Shown in pieces: positions 10,403-20,420 of a stretch of 64,000 nucleotides of DNA. Origin of the DNA: Thermoanaerobaculia bacterium (GTDB lineage Bacteria; Acidobacteriota; Thermoanaerobaculia; Multivoradales; Multivoraceae). Numbering within the stretch: position 1 is the stretch's first letter; each line of letters opens with the position of its first letter. The notes below the pieces were generated by a model. It worked only from the letters and a program-made list of their open reading frames with translations, had not been told where the DNA came from and searched no databases. A program made the translations under genes and the position numbers. The DNA is taken from positions 1,856,001-1,920,000 of the forward strand of contig OY762911.1 of assembly GCA_963666565.1 (NCBI GenBank), read 5' to 3'.

Positions 10403-10690
10403 ATGGTGCGTGCGACCTTTTCACTCGACGAAGCGACCGTCCGGCGTCTTCGGCGAACCGCGAAGCGGCTCGGCAAGCCCCAGAGCCAGATCGTCCGCGA
10501 GGCGATCGCCGACTATGCCGCCCGGTCCGGCAGGCTGAGCGAAGTCGAGCGGCTCAGCATGCTGGAAGTGCTCGACCGACTGCGGAGAGAGCATGTGGCA
10601 GGCTCGGCGGATGCGGTCGACGCTGAGTTGCGCGCGATCCGCGAATCCCGCCGGGTCGGCTGGGACCGCGAGTCGGAGATCGGCCAGTAG
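10403..10690 (+). CDS. Ribbon-helix-helix (CopG-like) protein, probable type II antitoxin
   Basis: N-terminal beta strand MVRATFSLD followed by helices and SQIVREAI. Confidence 0.75.
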   Translation: MVRATFSLDEATVRRLRRTAKRLGKPQSQIVREAIADYAARSGRLSEVERLSMLEVLDRLRREHVAGSADAVDAELRAIRESRRVGWDRESEIGQ

Positions 10691-10798
10691 GCCTCGCGGC
10701 CGAGACGCTCGGCAGGGGCTCGCGCCGAAACCGTCGACGTGCCTTGACTGCTTGGATTTGGCTGTGCCGGTCCGTCAAGTCGGAGTGGCCGATTCGCC

Positions 10799-11323
10799 AT
10801 GCTGAAGAACCTGCGTGAGGACACGCGGCGACTCCGCGCGATCAAGACCAAGCCGTTCCCCTTCTACGTGCTCGAGTCGCTGCTGTTCGAGAACGGCTAC
10901 CAGGCGGTCGTCCTCCACCGGATGGCGCACTGGTTCAAGCGCCGCGGCATCCCGGTACTGGGGCCGTTCCTGGCCCGGCTGTCGCTGTTTCTCACCAGCG
11001 TCGACATCGCGCCGGGGGCGCGCATCGGACCGGGTCTCTTCATCAGCCACGGCACCGGCCTGGTGATCGGCAACGGCGTCCGCATCGGCCGCAACGGCAC
11101 GTTGCTTCACCAGGTCACCATCGGCGCGCCGACCGCCAGGCGGCTGGACCAGATGCCGAACCTCGGCGACAACGTCTTCGTCGGCGCCGGCAGCCGGCTG
11201 CTGGGCCGCATCGAGATCGGCGACGACGTCTTCATTGGCGTCAACTGCGTCGTGACGGAGGACATCCCGGCGGGCACGAAGGTCACGACGGCGGCGGGCC
11301 TGACGCTGGACGCGGGCGGTTAG
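10799..11323 (+). CDS. Serine O-acetyltransferase-like left-handed beta-helix acyltransferase (probably glycan-related)
   Basis: Hexapeptide repeats IAPGARIGPGLFISHGTGLVIG and LGDNVFVGAGSRLLG. Confidence 0.85.
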   Translation: MLKNLREDTRRLRAIKTKPFPFYVLESLLFENGYQAVVLHRMAHWFKRRGIPVLGPFLARLSLFLTSVDIAPGARIGPGLFISHGTGLVIGNGVRIGRNGTLLHQVTIGAPTARRLDQMPNLGDNVFVGAGSRLLGRIEIGDDVFIGVNCVVTEDIPAGTKVTTAAGLTLDAGG

Positions 11324-11487
11324 CGACGGGGCGATTCCCGGAAGAGGCAGGCGCCAGGCCGCGGATCGACCATGAGTAGCGCCCACCGGCCGACCCTCCT
11401 TTCCGGGCGGCCGTTCGGCGTGCCCGGGCGACGCACGGCCATGTATTCTCGACTCGCGTGCGGGGCCGTTGCCCGCGTGTCTCCGCG

Positions 11488-12960
11488 ATGGTGGCAGTCG
11501 AGCATCAGGTAACCGACCGGAAGGCCCGGGGGGCCTACTACACGCCGCCCGAGACGGCGGCCGCCCTCGTCCGCTGGGCGGTTCGGAGCCCGGATGAACA
11601 CCTGCTGGACCCGTCCTGCGGCGACGGCCGGTTCCTGGCGCTGCACCCGCGGAGTACCGGCGTCGATTGCGACGCGTCCGCGGTGTCGAGCGCCGCAGCG
11701 GCGGCGCCTCGCGGAAGCGTGGAGTGCGCGGACTTCTTCGATTGGGCCGATGCGACCTCGCAACGCTTCGATTGCGCCGCCGGCAATCCGCCGTTCATCC
11801 GCTACCAGCGGTTCACCGGCGAAACGCGACGGCAGGCCCTGAAACTCTGCGCCACCCTGGGCGCCAAGTTGTCGGGGCTTTCGTCGTCCTGGGCGCCGTA
11901 CCTGATCGTGACCGCCTCTCTGCTTCGGCCCGGCGGCCGGATGGCGTTCGTCGTGCCCGCAGAGATCGGCCATGCTCCGTACGCGGCCCCGGTTCTCGAC
12001 TGGTTCGCCCGCCACTTCGACGAGGTGCGGTTGGTCGCCGTCCGGCAGAAGCTGTTCGCGGACCTGTCGGAGGACGTCTGGCTGCTCTACGCCGACGGCT
12101 TCGGCGGGCGGACGGGCCACTTCGATCTCGCGCTCCACGAGCGGTTCGTGTTCCGGTCCGAACCGCCGGTCGTCGACACCCGCGTCTCGGTCCGGGAGTG
12201 GCGGCGGTGGGGCTCCCGACTGCGGCCGATGCTGTTGCCGAGCCGGATTCGCGACGCGTACGAGAGCCTCAGAGACTCCGAGTCGACAGCGGCTCTCGGC
12301 GACCTGGCCGGCGTGGGCATCGGCTACGTCTCTGGCGCCAACGACTTCTTCCACTTGCGCCCGTCCGAAGCGGACGAACTGGGAATCGCGCGGGAGCTGT
12401 TCCGTCCCACGGTGCGTAGCGGCCGGGAACTTCGGGGAGAAGCGATCACGCACGAGACGGTTGCAGGCTGGCGAACGGACGACCGGCCGAACTTCCTGCT
12501 CGCGCTCGGTCCCGAGACGCCCCTGCCCGACGCGGTCAGTCGGTATCTGGATTCGCCTCGCGGAGTTGAAGTCCGGCGGCGCTACAAGTGCCGTGTTCGA
12601 ACTCCCTGGTACGCGGTGCCCCATGCGGCAGTGCCCGACCTCTTTCTCTCATACATGAGCGGAGACGGGCCCGCCCTGGTCGAGAACCGGGCGCAATGCA
12701 CCTGTACCAACGCGGTCCACGGCGTTCGCCTCAACGGCAGTGGCGTTGCCGCGTCTCGCCTCCGGCAGCGGTGGGAGACGACTCTGACGAGCCTCAGTTG
12801 CGAGATAGAGGGCCACCCGCTGGGCGGCGGCGTGCTGAAGCTGGAGCCTCGCGAAGCCCTCAACGTGCTGGTTAGCCTGAAGGGCGATCTCGAAGCCGAC
12901 GATGAGCGCGACCTGCAGGAAGGGGCCGAGATCCTGCGCCGCTGGCGGCACTGTGGCTAG
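11488..12960 (+). CDS. N6-adenine DNA methyltransferase (gamma class, TaqI/Eco57I-like)
   Basis: GAYYTP, motif I LDPSCGDGRF, motif IV GNPPF and C-terminal GGGVLKLEP. Confidence 0.88.
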   Translation: MVAVEHQVTDRKARGAYYTPPETAAALVRWAVRSPDEHLLDPSCGDGRFLALHPRSTGVDCDASAVSSAAAAAPRGSVECADFFDWADATSQRFDCAAGNPPFIRYQRFTGETRRQALKLCATLGAKLSGLSSSWAPYLIVTASLLRPGGRMAFVVPAEIGHAPYAAPVLDWFARHFDEVRLVAVRQKLFADLSEDVWLLYADGFGGRTGHFDLALHERFVFRSEPPVVDTRVSVREWRRWGSRLRPMLLPSRIRDAYESLRDSESTAALGDLAGVGIGYVSGANDFFHLRPSEADELGIARELFRPTVRSGRELRGEAITHETVAGWRTDDRPNFLLALGPETPLPDAVSRYLDSPRGVEVRRRYKCRVRTPWYAVPHAAVPDLFLSYMSGDGPALVENRAQCTCTNAVHGVRLNGSGVAASRLRQRWETTLTSLSCEIEGHPLGGGVLKLEPREALNVLVSLKGDLEADDERDLQEGAEILRRWRHCG

Positions 12961-13092
12961 GCTGTACGCTGAGCCGAAGCTGGCGAAGCGGATCGTGCGG
13001 CTGGTGTGGCGGGCCGACTCTCCGGCGTTCGCAGAACCGTTGGCGGCGGCGTTCGTGCCGCGGTTGGGCCGCTGAGGTCATCGGGTCGCGAG

Positions 13093-13671
13093 ATGCCGCG
13101 GCGCGTCACCTACCAACTCAGGATCGATCTGAACGGAACGAAGCCCCCAATCTGGCGGCGGGTTCTCGTGCCGTCTTCACTCCCGCTTGACCGCCTGCAC
13201 GAGGTCGTCCAAGTGGCCATGGGTTGGCTCGACGTACACCTCCACATGTTCGTCAAGGGCACGCAGACTTATGCTGTCCCGAACCCTTGGGATGACGATT
13301 GGACGCTTCCCGGAATGCCGGCGACTCTCGACGAAAGAAAACACCGGGTCGGTCAACTTCTCAAGCGCAAGAAAGACTGGATCAGGTACGAGTACGACTT
13401 CGGCGACGGATGGGAGCACCGGATCACGCTCCAGAAGATCCTCCCGCACGACCCGGCTCTCCCTCTCCCGGCATGCACTGGCGGGAAGCGGCACTGTCCG
13501 CCTGAAGACTGCGGCGGCGTTTGGGGCTACTACCACAACCTGGAAGTCCTGAAGGACCCGAAGCACGAGGAGTACGAACACATCCGGGAGTGGATGGGCC
13601 CCGGTTTCGACGCGGAGGAGTTCAGCGTCGAAGAGGTCAACGAAGTGCTCCGTTCAATGGACCCCTCGTGA
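13093..13671 (+). CDS. Plasmid pRiA4b ORF-3 family protein
   Basis: YQLRIDL..KPPIWRRVLVP, LHEVVQVAMGW...HLH, YEYDFGDGWEH and PPEDCGG. Confidence 0.88.
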   Translation: MPRRVTYQLRIDLNGTKPPIWRRVLVPSSLPLDRLHEVVQVAMGWLDVHLHMFVKGTQTYAVPNPWDDDWTLPGMPATLDERKHRVGQLLKRKKDWIRYEYDFGDGWEHRITLQKILPHDPALPLPACTGGKRHCPPEDCGGVWGYYHNLEVLKDPKHEEYEHIREWMGPGFDAEEFSVEEVNEVLRSMDPS

Positions 13672-13704
13672 AGCCGTTTCAGCGACCCTGGTTCTGGAGC
13701 GGGG

Positions 13705-14697
13705 TCAGGCGCTGTACAGAATCCGCTCGCCGGCATCTTCCCGCCGTAGCTCTCCCAGGTCCTCCAGCCACCGCAGGTGGGCGATCGCTTCGCCGGTCGC
13801 GAACCAGCGCTGCATGATGGGGAAGTCCTCCCAGGACTCGGCGCGGATGTCCCAGGTCATCTCGCTGGCGGTCTGGTAGGCGTTGCGGCCGCCGTTGCGC
13901 CGCAGGATGTCGATGACCTCCTGGCCGCGCGTTTCGTGGTGCTCGCGTAGTTCGCGGCAGCGGCCCTTGAAGTCGTGGATCAGGCTGCGGTGGCCGGGCA
14001 GGCAGAGGTCGACGTCGAGCGCTTCGACCTTGGCGACGCTGTCGAGGTAGAGGCCCAACGGGTCGTGGTCGTCGGCCCAGGCCTGGATGTTGGGCGTGAT
14101 GTCGCCGAGGATGTGGTCGCCGGCGATGAACAGGCGCTTCGCCCGGTCGTAGAGCGAGATGTGGCCGAAGGTGTGGCCCGGCGTGTCGATGACCTCGAGG
14201 CGGTAGCCGGCGATCTCGACCACGTCGCCTTCGTGGAGCGGCGCGTACTCGATGCGGCGGCTGCCGCTGAAGCGGGCGCCCGGATGCCGCCGGAAGCTCT
14301 CGGCCAGCTCGTCGGGCGGGAAGCCGCTCCGCCTCAAGTACACCCCCATCGGGCTGTTCTCGGACCAGCCGCCGTGGGCACGGCCCATCGCTGCGGCGTC
14401 GATGGCGCCCATCGATGCGGTGCGGCCGGGTTGCAGCAGTTCCGGGATCAGGCCGTGGTGGTCCGCGTGCAGATGAGTGGCGAGGAAGTCCGTCTTCGCC
14501 AAATCGACCCCAATCTCGTCGAGCCCCGCGGTCAGGACCTCCCGGCACTCGGGCCGGTTCATCCCGGTGTCGATGACGAGCCACCGGTCGTCCTCGGCGA
14601 GGACGTAGCAGTTCACCTCCTTGAGCGGGTTCCGCGGCAGCGGGACGACGACCCGGTAGAGCGAGTCGAGAACCTTCTCGGCGGCTGGTTCCGTCAC
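13705..14697 (-). CDS. MBL-fold metallo-hydrolase
   Basis: IDTG, THLHADHHG (HxHxDH), TPGHT, AGDH and LPGH. Start chosen at GTG 14697. Confidence 0.88.
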   Translation of the reverse strand: MTEPAAEKVLDSLYRVVVPLPRNPLKEVNCYVLAEDDRWLVIDTGMNRPECREVLTAGLDEIGVDLAKTDFLATHLHADHHGLIPELLQPGRTASMGAIDAAAMGRAHGGWSENSPMGVYLRRSGFPPDELAESFRRHPGARFSGSRRIEYAPLHEGDVVEIAGYRLEVIDTPGHTFGHISLYDRAKRLFIAGDHILGDITPNIQAWADDHDPLGLYLDSVAKVEALDVDLCLPGHRSLIHDFKGRCRELREHHETRGQEVIDILRRNGGRNAYQTASEMTWDIRAESWEDFPIMQRWFATGEAIAHLRWLEDLGELRREDAGERILYSA

Positions 14698-14897
14698 GGG
14701 CGCGAAGGGTAGCAAGCGGCATCCGGGTCGGCATGGCGCTTCACGCGCGGAGGCCGGTGCTCCTTCGGCGCGATGGGGCAAACCTCGGCCACCGGCTTGC
14801 CTCGGTAGGAGATCGTCACGGTCTTTCCCTGGCGCGCGAGCCGGACGACTTCATAGAAGCGCGCCCTCGCGTCGCGGGCCGAGTAGGTGATCGTCAT
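14694..14897 (-). CDS. Phd/YefM (prevent-host-death) family antitoxin
   Basis: YSARDARARFYEVVRLARQGKTVTISYRGKPVAEV matches the Phd N-terminal pattern. Confidence 0.75.
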   Translation of the reverse strand: MTITYSARDARARFYEVVRLARQGKTVTISYRGKPVAEVCPIAPKEHRPPRVKRHADPDAACYPSRP

Positions 14898-15001
14898 GTG
14901 CCGACTCTATCTGTCTGTCGGACCGCCTTCAGCCTCGCCGCCCCACGGCAGCGTCAGCGAGCGGCTACGATTCACGACTCACGCGCCTGGAGGAGCCCCC
15001 G

Positions 15002-16603
15002 ATGCCGTTGACCGAGAGCTACGTTCCCGCCGACACGAGTTCGCCCGTCCTCGAAACGACGGTTGGCGGCATCCTCCGCGACGCCGCCGCCAAGGCCCCG
15101 GACACGATCGCCCTGGTCGAGGGCGTGCCGGGCGAGCGCCGGACCTGGACCTACGCCGAACTCCTGGCGGGCGCGGAGCGCGTCGCTCGCGCCCTCGTCG
15201 CCCGCTTCGAGAAGGGCGAGCGGGTCGCCGTCTGGGCGCCGAACATCCCGGAGTGGGTGCTGCTCGAGTACGGCGCGGGCCTCGCCGGCGTGGTCTTGGT
15301 GACGGTCAACCCGGCGTACCAGCCCAAGGAGCTCGAGTACGTGCTGCGGCAATCCCGGTCTTCCGGCATCTTCTACCTGCGCTCGTTCCGCGGCAATCCG
15401 ATGGAGGAGTCGCTGAAGCAGGTCGCGGCCGGCCTGCCGGACCTGCGCGAGCTCATCCCGTTCGACGAGTTCGAGGAGTTCGTGGCCTCGGCGCCGGACG
15501 ACGTCGAGCTTCCCGAAGTGAGCCCGGACGACCCGGTCCAGATCCAGTACACCTCGGGCACGACCGGCTTCCCCAAGGGCGCCTACCTGCACCATGGCGG
15601 GATCACGAACAACGCCCGGTTCGTCGCCGAGCGCCTCGGCATGGAGCCGGGAGGCGTCTACATCAACCCGATGCCGTTGTTCCACACCGGCGGCTGCGTG
15701 CTGGGGGTCCTCGGGCCGTGCCAGTTCCAGGCGACGCTGGTCAACCTGGTGATGTTCGATCCGGGGCTGATGCTGGCCCTGGCGGAGGAGCTGCGGGCCA
15801 CGCACCTGCTCGGGGTGCCGACGATGCTGATCGCGGTGATGGAGCATCCCGACTTCGGCAGCCGCGACCTGTCGTCCGTCCACACCGTCTGCTCGGGCGG
15901 CGCGACGGTGCCTGCCGACCTGGTGCGCCGGATCGAGAAGACGCTCGGGGTTCAGTTCTCCATCATCTACGGCCAGACCGAGGCGTCCCCCGGAGTGACC
16001 CTGATGAAGCCGGACGACAGCGAGGAGGACAAGGCGAACACGCTCGGTCCGGTGCTGCCGCAGACCGAGATGAAGGTGATCGACCCCGCGACAGGCGCGA
16101 CGGTGCCCATCGGCGAGCCGGGCGAACTCTGCTGCCGCGGCTACCTCGTCATGCTCGGGTACTTCGAGATGCCCGACAAGACCGCCGAGACGATCGACAA
16201 GGACGGCTGGCTCCACACCGGCGACCTGGTGACGATGGACGACCGCGGCTACACGACGATCACCGGCCGGCTGAGGGACATGATCATCCGCGGCGGCGAG
16301 AACATCTATCCCCGCGAGATCGAGGAGCTGCTGTTCGAGCACCCGCAGGTCGCGGACGTGGCCGTCGTCGGCCTGCCGGACGAGCGGTGGGGGGAGATCG
16401 TCTCCGCCTTCGTGCGCGACGCGAACCCGGCGAACCCGGCGAGCGACGCCGAGCTCCACACGTACTGCCGCGAGCATCTGTCGCCGCAGAAGACGCCCAA
16501 GGTCTGGTACCGGGTCGACGAGTTCCCGCTGACGCCGTCCGGCAAGATTCAGAAGTTCGTGCTGGTGGACGAGTGGCGCAAGGGCGTCTGGGACGCGGCG
16601 TAG
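15002..16603 (+). CDS. AMP-binding acyl-CoA synthetase
   Basis: YTSGTTGFPKG, YGQTE, GWLHTGD, IIRGGENIYP and SGKIQK. RBS GGAGGAG. Confidence 0.92.
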   Translation: MPLTESYVPADTSSPVLETTVGGILRDAAAKAPDTIALVEGVPGERRTWTYAELLAGAERVARALVARFEKGERVAVWAPNIPEWVLLEYGAGLAGVVLVTVNPAYQPKELEYVLRQSRSSGIFYLRSFRGNPMEESLKQVAAGLPDLRELIPFDEFEEFVASAPDDVELPEVSPDDPVQIQYTSGTTGFPKGAYLHHGGITNNARFVAERLGMEPGGVYINPMPLFHTGGCVLGVLGPCQFQATLVNLVMFDPGLMLALAEELRATHLLGVPTMLIAVMEHPDFGSRDLSSVHTVCSGGATVPADLVRRIEKTLGVQFSIIYGQTEASPGVTLMKPDDSEEDKANTLGPVLPQTEMKVIDPATGATVPIGEPGELCCRGYLVMLGYFEMPDKTAETIDKDGWLHTGDLVTMDDRGYTTITGRLRDMIIRGGENIYPREIEELLFEHPQVADVAVVGLPDERWGEIVSAFVRDANPANPASDAELHTYCREHLSPQKTPKVWYRVDEFPLTPSGKIQKFVLVDEWRKGVWDAA

Positions 16604-16731
16604 GCCCCATGCGAGCGCGGCGGCGCCAGGCGGCTACACGAAGCGGATCCGATCTGACATGATCGCCGCTCTTCACGCAGACCCCCGTTCGCTCCGTTCG
16701 CCGCTCCGCGACTGACGGGGCGGTTCGCGCA

Positions 16732-18363
16732 ATGCAGGCTCTCAGATCCAACGTCGACGTCCGCTCCGAGCAGTTCAAGAAGAACCGCGCCGACATCCTG
16801 GAGCAGATCGAGCAGGTCGACGGCCTGCTCGAGCAGGTCGCTGGCGGCGGCGGTCCCGAGGCGATGAAGCGGCTGAAGAGCCGCGGCAAGCTGCCGGTGC
16901 GCGAGCGCGTGGCGAACGCCCTCGACCGCGACAGCCCGTTCCTCGAGATCTCGCCGCTCGCGGCCTGGAACTCGTACTACACGGTCGGCTCGGGGTTCGT
17001 CCTCGGCATCGGCGTCATCTCGGGCACCGAGTGCGTGATCCTCGGCCACGACCCGTCGGTGCGGGCCGGCGCCTTCAACGAGTTCAACTCGAAGAAGCTG
17101 ATGCGCGGCCTGGAGATCGCGCGGATCAACCGGCTGCCCTACGTCCAGTTCGTGGAGTCGGCCGGCGCCGACCTGCGCGGCAACACGGGCGACGATCCGG
17201 ACGCGCAGACGAAGCGGACGCTCGGGCACTTCGCCGAGTCCGGCCGCCTGTTCTACGAGATCTCCGAGCTCTCCAAGATGCGCATTCCGACGGTGTCGAT
17301 CGTCTTCGGCGCCTCGACCGCCGGCGGCGCCTACCAGCCGGGGATGAGCGACTACAACATCTTCGTCAAGAACCAGGCGATGGTCTCGCTCGGCGGCCCG
17401 CCCCTGGTCAAGATGGCAACCGGCGAGGACGCGGAACCGGAGAGCGTCGGCGGCGCGGACATGCACTGCCGCGTCTCGGGCCTCGGCGACTACCTGGCCC
17501 AGGACGAGATGGACGGCATCCGCCTGCTGCGCGATGTCGTCGGCCACCTGAACTGGCGCAAGGAAGGTCCCGGGCCGAGCCTGCCGCCCGACGACCCGGT
17601 GCTCGATCCCGAGGAACTGCTCGGCCTCGTCTCGCGCGACCTGCGCTCCCCGCTCGACATCCGCGAGGTGATCGGGCGCGTCGTCGACGGATCGCGGTTC
17701 GAGGAGTTCAAGCCGCTCTACGGGCCGACGATCGTCTGCGGCTGGTCGTCGATCCACGGCTATCCGGTCGGCATCCTGGGCAACAACGGCGCGCTGTTCT
17801 CCGAGTCGGCGGAGAAGGCGACCCAGTTCATCCAGCTCTGCAACCAGATCGACGTGCCGCTGCTCTTCCTGCACAACATCACCGGCTACATCGTCGGCAC
17901 GGACTACGAGCAGGGCGGGATCACGAAGAACGGCTCGAAGATGATCAACGCGGTCTCCAACTCGACCGTGCCGCACCTGTCGGTGATCGTCGGCGCGTCG
18001 TACGGGGCGGGCAACTACGGCATGAGCGGCCGCGCCTACGGCACCCGCTTCACCTACATCTGGCCGACCGCGAAGATCGCGGTCATGGGACCGGAGCAGA
18101 TGGCCGGCGTGATGACAATCGTGACCCGGGCGGCCGCGAAGCGGCGGGGGATCCCGTTCGACGAAGAGGCGGACCGCAAGCGCGCCGCCGGCGTCATCCA
18201 CTGGGCCGAGAAGCGCTCGCTGGGGCTCTACGCGACCTCGCGCGTTTCCGACGACGGGATGATCGACCCGCGCGACACCCGCACCGTGCTCGGCCTGTCG
18301 CTGTCGGCCTGCCACAGCCGGGCCGTCGAGGGGGCCAAGGGCTATGCCGTCTTCAGGATGTGA
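16732..18363 (+). CDS. Acyl-CoA carboxylase carboxyltransferase (beta) subunit, MCC/geranyl-CoA type
   Basis: GKLPVRER, ESAGADL, STAGGAY, GGPPLVKMATGE, SYGAGNYGM and IDPRDTR. Confidence 0.92.
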   Translation: MQALRSNVDVRSEQFKKNRADILEQIEQVDGLLEQVAGGGGPEAMKRLKSRGKLPVRERVANALDRDSPFLEISPLAAWNSYYTVGSGFVLGIGVISGTECVILGHDPSVRAGAFNEFNSKKLMRGLEIARINRLPYVQFVESAGADLRGNTGDDPDAQTKRTLGHFAESGRLFYEISELSKMRIPTVSIVFGASTAGGAYQPGMSDYNIFVKNQAMVSLGGPPLVKMATGEDAEPESVGGADMHCRVSGLGDYLAQDEMDGIRLLRDVVGHLNWRKEGPGPSLPPDDPVLDPEELLGLVSRDLRSPLDIREVIGRVVDGSRFEEFKPLYGPTIVCGWSSIHGYPVGILGNNGALFSESAEKATQFIQLCNQIDVPLLFLHNITGYIVGTDYEQGGITKNGSKMINAVSNSTVPHLSVIVGASYGAGNYGMSGRAYGTRFTYIWPTAKIAVMGPEQMAGVMTIVTRAAAKRRGIPFDEEADRKRAAGVIHWAEKRSLGLYATSRVSDDGMIDPRDTRTVLGLSLSACHSRAVEGAKGYAVFRM

Positions 18364-18384
18364 GTTCGGCGTGACGAGGGTTGC

Positions 18385-20388
18385 ATGATCGCCCGGCTCC
18401 TGGTCGCCAACAGGGCTGAGATCGCACGGCGGATCTTCCGCTCGGCGCGCGACATGGGCATCGCCACGGTGGCGGTGTACGCCGACGGCGACGCGGACGC
18501 GCCCTTCGTCGCCGAGGCGGACGTCGGCGTCGCGCTCGATGGCCGATCGTCGGCCGAGACCTACCTCGACATCGAGAAGGTCCTGGCCGCGGCCGAGCGC
18601 ACCGGCGCCGACGCCGTCCACCCCGGCTACGGCTTCCTGTCCGAGAACGCGGACTTCGCCCGCGCGGTGACCGAGGCCGGGCTCGTCTGGGTCGGTCCGT
18701 CGCCCGAGGCGATCGCCGCGATGGGCGACAAGCTCTCGGCCAAGGCGCTGATGCGCGAGGCGAGCGTGCCGACGCTCCAGGCGGTCGAGCTCGGCGACGG
18801 CGCCGACCTGGCCGCGGCAGCGGCGGAAGTCGGCTTCCCGGCCCTGGTCAAGGCTGCGGCGGGCGGCGGCGGCCGCGGCATGAGAGTGGTCGAGTCGGAG
18901 AGCGAACTGGCCGGCGCCGTCGAGGGCGCGCGGCGCGAGGCGGAGGCCGCCTTCGGAGACGGCACCGTGTTCCTGGAACGCTGGCTCGCCTCGTCGCGGC
19001 ACGTCGAAATCCAGATCCTCGGCGACCTGCACGGCAACCTCGTCCACTGCTTCGAGCGCGAATGCTCGATCCAGCGCCGCCACCAGAAGATCGTCGAGGA
19101 AGCGCCGTCTCCGGTCGTGAGCGACGAACTCCGGGCGCGCATCGGCGCGGCCGCGGTGGCCGCCGGACAGGCGATCGGTTACAGCTCGGCGGGGACGGTG
19201 GAGTTCCTGGTCGAGCAGCCGGCGGACGGTTCGGCCCCGACCGAGTTCTGGTTCCTGGAGGTCAACACCCGGCTGCAGGTGGAGCACCCGGTGACCGAGG
19301 AGATCACCGGCCTCGACCTCGTGCGCGAGCAGCTACGGATCGCCCAGGGGGAGCGTCTCGGCTTCGGCCAGGGCGACCTGGCCATCGATGGCCATGCGAT
19401 CGAAGCGCGGCTCTATGCGGAGGATCCGGCGAACGACTTCCTGCCCCAGACCGGCCGCGTCCAGTGCTGGCAGCCCGCGCCGGGGATGAACGCGCGCTTC
19501 GACTCCGGGATCGAGAGCGGCAGCGAGGTCGGCATCGAGTTCGATCCGATGCTCGCCAAGGTCATCGTCGGCGCCGCCACGCGCCGCGAGGCGGCGCTCC
19601 GTCTCGCCCGGGTCCTCGAGACGACGCGCGTGCAGGGCATCCGGACCAACCGCGACTTCCTCGTCTCGACTCTTCGCTCGCCGGAGTACCTGGCCGGCGA
19701 CACGACGACCGACTTCATCGAACGGGTGGCGCCGGCGCCCGCGCGCCAGCCGTCGGCGGACGAGGTGGTCGCCGCCGGCATCTGCGCGGCCATGGCGGCC
19801 CAGCACGACCGCAGGCAGGCGGCCCGCATCCATCCGACGATCGTGAGCGGCTGGCGCAACACGGTGATGCCCTACGAGCGGGCCGAGTACGAGACGGCCG
19901 CCGGCGACGCGCTTCGGATCGAGTACCGCATCCAGCGCGACGGCCGGTTCGACACCCGCGCCGTTGCGGGCGACGGCGAGCCGAGCCGCCACATGGTCGA
20001 GCTCCGGCGGCGCACCGGGGACGGCGTCGAGGTCGTCATCGACGGCCGCAGGTTCCGGGCCACCGTGACGGCCGACGGCGACCGCTGGCTCGTCCACGGC
20101 CCGCAGGGCGACGTCGAACTGCGCGAACTGCCCCGTTTCCCCGTCGCGGGCCTGGAGACCGTCGCCGGCGGTCTGACCGCGCCGATGCCGGGCAAGGTGA
20201 TCTCGGTTCACGCCGCGGTCGGCGACCGGGTCGAATCGGGCCAGCTCCTCCTGGTGCTGGAAGCGATGAAGATGGAGCACCGCGTGACCGCGCCGGAACC
20301 TGGCACGGTGACGGAGTTCCGCGTCGTCGAGGGCGAGCAGGTCGGGAACGGCGAACTACTCGTCGTGATCGACGAGGACGCGGCCTGA
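18385..20388 (+). CDS. Acyl-CoA carboxylase alpha subunit (biotin carboxylase plus biotin carrier)
   Basis: ANRAEIA, HPGYGFLSEN, GGGGRGM, RECSIQRRHQK, EVNTRLQVEH and biotinylation motif EAMKM. Confidence 0.93.
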   Translation: MIARLLVANRAEIARRIFRSARDMGIATVAVYADGDADAPFVAEADVGVALDGRSSAETYLDIEKVLAAAERTGADAVHPGYGFLSENADFARAVTEAGLVWVGPSPEAIAAMGDKLSAKALMREASVPTLQAVELGDGADLAAAAAEVGFPALVKAAAGGGGRGMRVVESESELAGAVEGARREAEAAFGDGTVFLERWLASSRHVEIQILGDLHGNLVHCFERECSIQRRHQKIVEEAPSPVVSDELRARIGAAAVAAGQAIGYSSAGTVEFLVEQPADGSAPTEFWFLEVNTRLQVEHPVTEEITGLDLVREQLRIAQGERLGFGQGDLAIDGHAIEARLYAEDPANDFLPQTGRVQCWQPAPGMNARFDSGIESGSEVGIEFDPMLAKVIVGAATRREAALRLARVLETTRVQGIRTNRDFLVSTLRSPEYLAGDTTTDFIERVAPAPARQPSADEVVAAGICAAMAAQHDRRQAARIHPTIVSGWRNTVMPYERAEYETAAGDALRIEYRIQRDGRFDTRAVAGDGEPSRHMVELRRRTGDGVEVVIDGRRFRATVTADGDRWLVHGPQGDVELRELPRFPVAGLETVAGGLTAPMPGKVISVHAAVGDRVESGQLLLVLEAMKMEHRVTAPEPGTVTEFRVVEGEQVGNGELLVVIDEDAA

Positions 20389-20420
20389 TTCGCTGGAGCG
20401 CTGACGCGAGGAGGATCCGC

